Part shown: positions 58,417-64,000 of the stretch, piece by piece
Numbering within the stretch: the stretch's first letter is position 1
How the letters are laid out: each line of letters begins with the position of its first letter
From: a virus
Virus genome (UHGV): UHGV-1455077
Reading direction: 5' to 3' (one strand)
Length of the DNA: 64,000 nucleotides
The notes under the pieces: generated by a model
The model's database searches: none
What the model was told of the DNA's origin: nothing
What the model saw: only the letters and a program-made list of their open reading frames with translations
Position numbers and translations under genes: made by a program

Positions 58417-58641
58417 ATGAAAATGTTAAATTTGAAAAGTATTTTAAATGATAATATGAGAGTTAAATTTGATTTTTATCGTGATGGTGCTTTATGGTAT
58501 TCAACAATGAATGGGTTTCAATTTCCTGTTCCTGTGAGAACTTTAGCCGCAACATCAATATTAAAAGCTAATGATAAAGCAACAGCATTCAGTTATTATA
58601 TTAAAAAATACTATAATGAATTAAATAAAAATAAGGAATAA
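58417..58641 (+). CDS. small hypothetical protein
   Basis: An AAAAAGGATATG SD precedes it. The ORF track start at 58405 is a GTG. Confidence 0.35.
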   Translation: MKMLNLKSILNDNMRVKFDFYRDGALWYSTMNGFQFPVPVRTLAATSILKANDKATAFSYYIKKYYNELNKNKE

Positions 58642-58646
58642 TTTTT

Positions 58647-59066
58647 ATGAAAATGCAATTTTATGTTAGTACAAAAGAAATAAGTGAAAATAATTATTTG
58701 TATGGTGTAATGTCAATGATTAATGATGAACCATTTGATTTTATTGTTGGTCAAATGAATGGAGAAAAGGATGATATTATTAATTTAATATCTAAAAATA
58801 CATTGATAAAAAATAAAACAGTATTGAAAAATAATTATTATACTTTTAAATATGAGGATTTATATACAACAAAAAAAATGTTATCAAAATTTCATACAGA
58901 TGATTTTTATAAATCATATTCAAAAGAACAGCAAACTGATTTAGATGCTTTGCCAGCATTATTTCTTTCGGATACAACAAAAATGATGCCATTAAATAAA
59001 AAGATGAATAATTATAAACAAATGCTTCAATATTATCAGATAACAAAAGAAAAAAATCGGAAATAA
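58647..59066 (+). CDS. hypothetical protein
   Basis: 139 aa ORF. Confidence 0.4.
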   Translation: MKMQFYVSTKEISENNYLYGVMSMINDEPFDFIVGQMNGEKDDIINLISKNTLIKNKTVLKNNYYTFKYEDLYTTKKMLSKFHTDDFYKSYSKEQQTDLDALPALFLSDTTKMMPLNKKMNNYKQMLQYYQITKEKNRK

Positions 59067-59083
59067 AAAATCCGATTTTTTTC
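59054..59083 (+). terminator. rho-independent terminator
   Basis: AAATCGGA aataaaaaa TCCGATTT followed by TTTTT. Confidence 0.65.
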
Positions 59084-59111
59084 TTGACAGTTAATTTTTT
59101 TATGTTATATT
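59084..59111 (+). promoter_or_regulatory. sigma70-like promoter related to the 9785/41559/61553 family
   Basis: TTCTTGACAGTTAATTTTTTTATGTTATATTGACCTTATC. Confidence 0.5.
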
Positions 59112-59219
59112 GACCTTATCTTAAACAATTAAAGGAATATAACAATGATTTATCTTTTCTTTGCCTGCGTAATTTTTTTCATTATTTTTAATGATTCTAT
59201 TGGTTAATGGAGAAAAATT

Positions 59220-59459
59220 ATGAAATGGTACACACAACAAGATATGCCTTATGGAAAAGACCCAATTGTGATTAAAACAATTGATAAACAAATATTTGTT
59301 GGTAATCATCAACATATCCATAATTCAAGTCTTAAGCATAAATTTAAGAATGAAGAACAATGGGTATTAACGACTAATCAAAATAAAATTGAATGGTCAA
59401 AGGTTAAAGAATGGCATTATGTTCGTAAATTTATTGAAGTAATAGAAAGGAATTTTTAA
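59220..59459 (+). CDS. hypothetical protein
   Basis: 79 aa ORF with a TGGAGAAAAATTATG SD. Confidence 0.4.
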   Translation: MKWYTQQDMPYGKDPIVIKTIDKQIFVGNHQHIHNSSLKHKFKNEEQWVLTTNQNKIEWSKVKEWHYVRKFIEVIERNF

Positions 59460-59460
59460 A

Positions 59461-59730
59461 ATGTCAAATTATCTAATAATGGTCTATGGTTTTTCTCATT
59501 GGACTTGGATTTACGATTTTAAAAATAAAAAATGGGATAGATTTAATTGGTGTAATAAAAACGCTAATGAAAAATTTATTGAAGTTGTTAAAACTCATCA
59601 TACTTTATTTTTTAATGCAACTGAAATGGAAGAAGCATATACAAAATTTGATGAAGATGAACTTGAATATATGGGTTTTGAAAATCCTAATTGGAAAGAT
59701 TTTGTAAAGGTTGTTAGTTATGTTTGTTAA
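59461..59730 (+). CDS. hypothetical protein
   Basis: 89 aa ORF. Confidence 0.4.
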   Translation: MSNYLIMVYGFSHWTWIYDFKNKKWDRFNWCNKNANEKFIEVVKTHHTLFFNATEMEEAYTKFDEDELEYMGFENPNWKDFVKVVSYVC

Positions 59731-60070
59731 AAAAATATTGATTTTTTGGATTACATTAATTACACTTGTTTTATGTATTTCTATAAGTGAAGCTAATGCA
59801 AAATATGTTATTGCATCAAGTTATCAATATTCAACTGATGATTTTGCAACACTTATAGAAATTTCTGAATTAAAAGGTTGCCAATTAAAAGGTAATATTT
59901 TTAATATTTCAAATAATGTAATTGGTATATTAATGGAATGTCCTCATAATTTTGATTATGATAAAATCTTTGAAAGATATATGGAAATTATGGATAATGA
60001 ACATATGGAAATTATGGATAATGAACATATTAAAATTGAAATGCCACGAGATATAGGAAGATTTCTATAA
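59711..60070 (+). CDS. secreted or membrane small protein with a tandem duplicated 9-aa unit
   Basis: An N-terminal signal/TM segment is present. The in-frame tandem DNA repeat ATATGGAAATTATGGATAATGAACAT occurs twice at 59981-60034, giving MEIMDNEH twice. Confidence 0.4.
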   Translation: MLVMFVKKILIFWITLITLVLCISISEANAKYVIASSYQYSTDDFATLIEISELKGCQLKGNIFNISNNVIGILMECPHNFDYDKIFERYMEIMDNEHMEIMDNEHIKIEMPRDIGRFL

Positions 60071-60084
60071 ATATTTTAACAATG

Positions 60085-60172
60085 GTGGACGTAGCCAAGT
60101 TGGTCGAAGGCGTTAGATTGTGGCTCTAATACATTAGAAACATCGTGGGTTCGAATCCCACCGTTCACCCCA
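60085..60172 (+). tRNA. class II (long variable arm) tRNA with anticodon loop TTGTGGC (GTG, nominally His; architecture is Leu/Ser/Tyr-like); identity uncertain
   Basis: Acceptor GTGGACG/CGTTCAC (one GU). D arm GCC AAGTTGGTCGAA GGC. Anticodon stem TTAGA/TCTAA. 15-nt variable arm. T arm GTGGGTTCGAATCCCAC. CCCA at the 3' end. Confidence 0.5.
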
Positions 60173-60175
60173 GAT

Positions 60176-60252
60176 GGCTCGTTAGGCGAATTGGCATAGC
60201 CGTCTGTCTTAGGTACAGATGTTTGGGGGTTCGAGTCCCTCACGAGCTACCA
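60176..60252 (+). tRNA. tRNA with anticodon TAG (Leu by anticodon) but class I architecture (short variable arm)
   Basis: Acceptor GGCTCGT/ACGAGCT. D arm GGC GAATTGGCATA GCC. Anticodon stem TCTGT/ACAGA with loop CTTAGGT (G37). T arm GGGGGTTCGAGTCCCTC. ACCA at the 3' end. Confidence 0.55.
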
Positions 60253-60285
60253 AAAATTAAATAATCTATTTTGAGAGTAATATAA

Positions 60286-60843
60286 ATGTCAGACATACAA
60301 AAAGTTAAACAAGAAGAAGTCATTTATTGTGATGATGAATCTAAATGGGATAAAATTAAAGAAAAGTTTGATGATATTCTTTATGAAATATTACCTCGTT
60401 TTTTATATAGATTTTTACATAATTTATTTAATTTATCTATGTGGAGAGGAAAAATTAGAAGATTTTTCCAAAGAATAATAAGAGGATGGGATGATTCTGA
60501 TACTTGGTCATTAGATACAACTTTTTATCAATGGTTTTTACCAAGATTTAAAAGATTTCAAGAATTAAATTGTGGTTATTCTTGTGGTTATGAAACATTT
60601 GAACAATGGGATAATGAGTTAAAAGAAAAAATTTATGAGTTGGAAATGCTTATTAAATATATGGATGATAATAAAAATTTTCCAATTAACAAATATTTAA
60701 CAAGTGAATTTATTAAAGAATTTGATATTGATAATAATAAAATTAAAAATGACAAATCTTATCATAATTTATGGGCATATACAGCTTGTTTAGAAAATTT
60801 TAATAATTGGTTTGGTAAAAAAATTAATCATTTGTGGTGGTAA
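60286..60843 (+). CDS. hypothetical protein
   Basis: 185 aa ORF. Confidence 0.45.
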   Translation: MSDIQKVKQEEVIYCDDESKWDKIKEKFDDILYEILPRFLYRFLHNLFNLSMWRGKIRRFFQRIIRGWDDSDTWSLDTTFYQWFLPRFKRFQELNCGYSCGYETFEQWDNELKEKIYELEMLIKYMDDNKNFPINKYLTSEFIKEFDIDNNKIKNDKSYHNLWAYTACLENFNNWFGKKINHLWW

Positions 60844-60960
60844 AAAATGTTTAAAGATTTATGGTTTGAAATTAAAGAATGGTTATATGCTATTTGTTGG
60901 CTATTTAAATAAAAGTTGGAAAAGAAATTATAAAGGAAAACATCAATAGAAGGAATCATA

Positions 60961-61134
60961 ATGGCAACATTAAGTAAAGATTCTAAATATTATGATATTT
61001 CCAATGGCTCAAGAAAATATATAAAATATATTACCAAAAGAAAAGCCAGAAGAAATTTTAAAAAAGGATTGATGGAAGTTAATTCTAAAAAATTAATTGG
61101 CTGTAAAGAATATTATTTCGATAGATATTGGTAA
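60961..61134 (+). CDS. small basic protein (57 aa)
   Basis: An AGGAATCATAATG SD precedes it. It is below the cutoff of the ORF track. Confidence 0.3.
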   Translation: MATLSKDSKYYDISNGSRKYIKYITKRKARRNFKKGLMEVNSKKLIGCKEYYFDRYW

Positions 61135-61186
61135 ATAAAAAAAGAATTAAAAATAATTATTATGTCAAACTTAATTACTATGTTTT

Positions 61187-61477
61187 ATGGAAAATAAAGA
61201 TAGTTTAATTTTTCAGATGTACCACGTTAATAACGGTAAGTCCTTTGATTCAAAAAATTGTGTGCTTCTAATGGATTCAAAAGTTCATAAGTACCCAGAA
61301 GAAAAGTGTCCGTTTTGTAATAGTGTTCTGGAAGAAGGTCATTCAAAGGATTGTATGATGTATGAATATCCAGAAATATCTATTTGGTGGTTTATTTTAC
61401 CCATATTACTGTTAATTATGACAGGTTATATGTGGTTAAAATTTAAAATAAATGAATATCGTAAGCGAAAAAAATAA
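61187..61477 (+). CDS. small protein with a C-terminal TM helix and a CPFC zinc-knuckle
   Basis: 96 aa ORF. Confidence 0.4.
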   Translation: MENKDSLIFQMYHVNNGKSFDSKNCVLLMDSKVHKYPEEKCPFCNSVLEEGHSKDCMMYEYPEISIWWFILPILLLIMTGYMWLKFKINEYRKRKK

Positions 61478-61552
61478 TTTTTGCAACTAATTTTTTCATT
61501 TTAAGTGTATTACTGCTTGTGAAAGTCGTATACACTTTTTTTATTTTTCCTA

Positions 61553-61580
61553 TTGACAAGTAATTTTTATATGTTATATT
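61553..61580 (+). promoter_or_regulatory. promoter plus leader cassette copy 3 (identical to 41545-41624)
   Basis: TTGACA at 61553-61558 and TATATT at 61575-61580. The leader is identical to the start codon at 61616. Confidence 0.6.
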
Positions 61581-61615
61581 AACCTTATCAAAAACAACAA
61601 TGAAAGGTTAATAAG

Positions 61616-61813
61616 ATGTCTAAAATTGCTAAATTTGTTTTAAGATTTGGTTACAAAGATAAATTTGTTTTAAAAACAGGTAATTTATATTCTGAACGTG
61701 GCGTTAACTCCATTGAAGAAGCTAATCAATTAGTTAAAGAAGCAAATATGAAAATGTTTGATGAGGTAACTTTATTTAATCAGCGTAATTGGAGCATCGT
61801 TAAAAAGTATTAA
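61616..61813 (+). CDS. small hypothetical protein
   Basis: 65 aa ORF behind the conserved leader. Confidence 0.4.
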   Translation: MSKIAKFVLRFGYKDKFVLKTGNLYSERGVNSIEEANQLVKEANMKMFDEVTLFNQRNWSIVKKY

Positions 61814-61816
61814 AAA

Positions 61817-61878
61817 AGACTTGACAATATTGCAACTCCTTGTATAATACCAGTTATACAAGGAGTTTTTTATTTATA
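61817..61878 (+). promoter_or_regulatory. promoter (TTGACA...TATAAT) overlapping a hairpin with a T-run (AACTCCTTGTATAA...TTATACAAGGAGTT TTTTAT)
   Basis: The -10 element lies in the 5' arm of a 14-bp hairpin. This may be a terminator or an attenuator. Confidence 0.4.
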
Positions 61879-61894
61879 AAAAGGAATAAAATAA

Positions 61895-62160
61895 TGTGTA
61901 ACTATGATATTGATGTTTTATATGTCAGATTAGAAAACGCTGAAAAGAAAATTGCAGAATTAACAAATACTTTAAATGAAGTTATTAGAATTAATAACTT
62001 ATTTACTAAAGAATATCCAATAACAGTACCAATGGTAACAAAATTAATGGAAAAAACAGGTGAATGTTATTATACCTGTGAAAAAGCATTAATTAAAAAT
62101 CACGGTGATATGGAAAAAGCATTAGCGGGATTGGTTCGTTATACAAAGGAAGATATATGA
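61895..62160 (+). CDS. hypothetical protein (start at the internal ATG after an AAAGGAATAAAATAATG SD)
   Basis: The ORF track start at 61840 lies inside the hairpin/promoter. Confidence 0.4.
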
Positions 62161-62423
62161 AAACACCAATTAAAATTAAACCCTGTTCTTGTGGTTGTAA
62201 ACATCCAAAATTTTATTCAGAAATGAATAAAGAGAAAACAACTGTCCATAATAATGAAGATGGTATAATGCTAGAAAAAGAAAACTGGTTTCCAGTAGGA
62301 ACAGCTTATTTTGGAACAGTAAAATGTAATGTTTGTGGTAAAACTAATGAAATGATTTCGTGGGGAACATCTTGGGAATCTTGTGCTAAAATTGCTATTG
62401 AAGATTGGAATAAAGACAAATGA
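62157..62423 (+). CDS. small Cys-rich (zinc-ribbon-like) protein
   Basis: CSCGC near the N-terminus, followed later by CNVCGK. Confidence 0.4.
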   Translation: MKTPIKIKPCSCGCKHPKFYSEMNKEKTTVHNNEDGIMLEKENWFPVGTAYFGTVKCNVCGKTNEMISWGTSWESCAKIAIEDWNKDK

Positions 62424-62638
62424 TAGGTATGGAAAAAATTCTTGCTGAAATATTAATTGATAAGCAAAAAGAAGTAATTGCTCAATATGAAGAAATAATT
62501 AAAAAGAAAAATGAACAATTAATAAAAGAAATGAAAAGAGCTAACGAATTGTTTCAATTATCATATAAGAGAAAATTAAGAATTCAAGAATTAGAAAATG
62601 AATTATCTCAACTTAAAAATGAAAGAAATAAATTATGA
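62420..62638 (+). CDS. small coiled-coil protein
   Basis: 72 aa ORF. Confidence 0.4.
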   Translation: MIGMEKILAEILIDKQKEVIAQYEEIIKKKNEQLIKEMKRANELFQLSYKRKLRIQELENELSQLKNERNKL

Positions 62639-63048
62639 AAAAATATAAATGTACTTGGGGAAGTATTGAACAAATAATATGTTGTAATTCAGAAGATGAA
62701 GCAAGAGAGGAATTTGTATCATCTCTTATTTCTGATGAAGAATTAAATAATTTTTATTTTTATGAAGATTTACGTTTTGAAACAAAAGTTCAAGAAATTT
62801 TAAATATTGAAGTTGGTAAATGTTATCTGTCAAGAGATGGTAGAAAATGCTTTGTTTATTCTAAACCAAAATGCTTAAATGATACTTTTTTATTTAGCCG
62901 TGAAGAATTTCCAGATGATGTATTTTGGGAAACAAAATTAGATACAAAATTTTATCAATGCGATTCATCAGGAAAGATTTATAAAGATTATTGTGATAAT
63001 GAATTAAAAGAAATATTTAAAAATTTTGATTTAGTAGAGGAAATTTAA
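62635..63048 (+). CDS. hypothetical protein
   Basis: 137 aa ORF. Confidence 0.4.
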   Translation: MKKYKCTWGSIEQIICCNSEDEAREEFVSSLISDEELNNFYFYEDLRFETKVQEILNIEVGKCYLSRDGRKCFVYSKPKCLNDTFLFSREEFPDDVFWETKLDTKFYQCDSSGKIYKDYCDNELKEIFKNFDLVEEI

Positions 63049-63050
63049 TT

Positions 63051-63293
63051 ATGACAAAAACAGAAATAACTAATAGTGGTATATATGGATTTGGATTATT
63101 AATTATTATATTTTTATTTACACTTACATTAGCAATACCTGGTTGTATAGCTTATGACCAACAAAAAAGTAATCTTCGGTCAGAGGTTATAAATGATTTA
63201 TGCAATCAAAATAATGGAAAATATGATTTTTATGTATTAGATAAAACAACTTATCATTATATTGAAAAGGTCAATGAAAATGGCAGAAAATAA
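63051..63293 (+). CDS. small membrane protein
   Basis: 80 aa ORF with an N-terminal TM helix. Confidence 0.4.
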   Translation: MTKTEITNSGIYGFGLLIIIFLFTLTLAIPGCIAYDQQKSNLRSEVINDLCNQNNGKYDFYVLDKTTYHYIEKVNENGRK

Positions 63294-64000
63294 TAATTAT
63301 ATAAATTTTGATGGTAGTTATCCTCTTGTTAAAGAAGATGATACAGGTATAAGACCTGCGGGAAAACCTGATGAATGTTTTTATTGTGGTAGTAAAGTTG
63401 GTGAACCTCATAAACACGGATGTGTTACAGTTGTAAAAAAAGTTAAGTTAAAAGCAACAATTGAATATGAAAAAGAAGTTCCCGCCGATTGGGATGATGA
63501 ACAAATTTATTATCATTACAATTTAGGCACTTGGTGTGCAAATAATATTGTTGATGATTTAAAAGATTACATTGATGAATTAAATGAATATAATGATTGT
63601 TTATGTCATTATTCTGAAATAGAAGTTATTGAGGAACAAAAAATGAATGATATAAAAATTGAAAAGATAGATGTTAATTGTCCAGCAAGACCATTAAGTG
63701 AAGATTTTCAAGAATATTTTGATAAGTTATATGGTCGTCCTTGTACAGATATGTATGATTTTGAATTTCTTACTCTTGAAGAATGTGAAGAAAAAGGTTT
63801 AGATTGGGGTTGGAAATCTAAAAAGAAAGAAAATATTACAGAAGACCAAAAGATTAAAAAACAACGTGAAAAATATTCATATTTAGATATGAAACCTCTC
63901 ATTGTTACAGAAGAAATGACTAATATATCAACAGGTATAACTGAACAAGTTACAAATGAATTAAAAAAAGTTATTGATGAAGCAATTTTGGAAAGGCTAT
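63280..64000 (+). CDS. hypothetical protein, 3'-truncated by the window end
   Basis: The ATG at 63280 (MAENNNYINFDG...) is open to the end of the window. It carries Cys pairs CFYCG...HKHGC. Confidence 0.4.
   Translation, partial: MAENNNYINFDGSYPLVKEDDTGIRPAGKPDECFYCGSKVGEPHKHGCVTVVKKVKLKATIEYEKEVPADWDDEQIYYHYNLGTWCANNIVDDLKDYIDELNEYNDCLCHYSEIEVIEEQKMNDIKIEKIDVNCPARPLSEDFQEYFDKLYGRPCTDMYDFEFLTLEECEEKGLDWGWKSKKKENITEDQKIKKQREKYSYLDMKPLIVTEEMTNISTGITEQVTNELKKVIDEAILERL

Noticed and set aside
59486-59707. 73-aa ORF in an alternative frame of 59461..59730
   Set aside because: It is nested in the same strand and a different frame of a better ORF that has an RBS.
1-64000. CRISPR array
   Set aside because: No regularly spaced direct repeats of 24-40 nt were found. 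The repeated elements are promoter cassettes, tRNA-like modules and gene-internal repeats.

Overview
This window is an AT-rich (roughly 28-30% GC) stretch of a large tailed-phage genome. Almost every gene is on the + strand with strong Shine-Dalgarno sites. It also carries sigma70-type promoters (TTGACA, 16-17 nt spacer, TATAAT-like -10) and rho-independent terminators, which suggests a low-GC Gram-positive-type host.

Positions 1-12.7 kb hold baseplate/tail-lysin genes and an auxiliary block: RNase H, a PTH2-like peptidyl-tRNA hydrolase, an HD-domain (p)ppGpp hydrolase, a CCA-adding tRNA nucleotidyltransferase and Hsp20. Positions 12.7-17.2 kb are a single 1507-aa protein on the - strand. Positions 17-43 kb are a structural and replication block. 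It contains three tail-fibre genes that share one repeat motif, a secreted SleB-like hydrolase, a gp32-like ssDNA-binding protein, a RecA-like ATPase, an SPFH/flotillin protein, a tandem CBM5/12 protein, dUTPase and a 912-aa Ig-like protein. It also contains three paralogous small minus-strand genes, each behind a palindromic operator-like site.

Positions 43.3-60.3 kb are a gene-poor tRNA island. It starts with four tandem consensus promoters and holds about 22 tRNA genes, several with non-canonical features or no encoded CCA. Within it are HNH and GIY-YIG homing endonucleases, an endonuclease gene split at an A8 run, and an AAA ATPase.

The most notable element is a Ro60/Rsr-like protein (TROVE plus vWA domains) at 56761..58047. 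It is preceded by a family of about 7 tRNA-like modules that share a conserved ATAGTGA...TTTACATAG leader, and two of these fold like Y RNAs with a terminal stem and an internal tRNA mimic. Long ORF-free, structured tracts in the island may encode large ncRNAs. The last 4 kb carry small early-type genes behind repeated identical promoter-leader cassettes.
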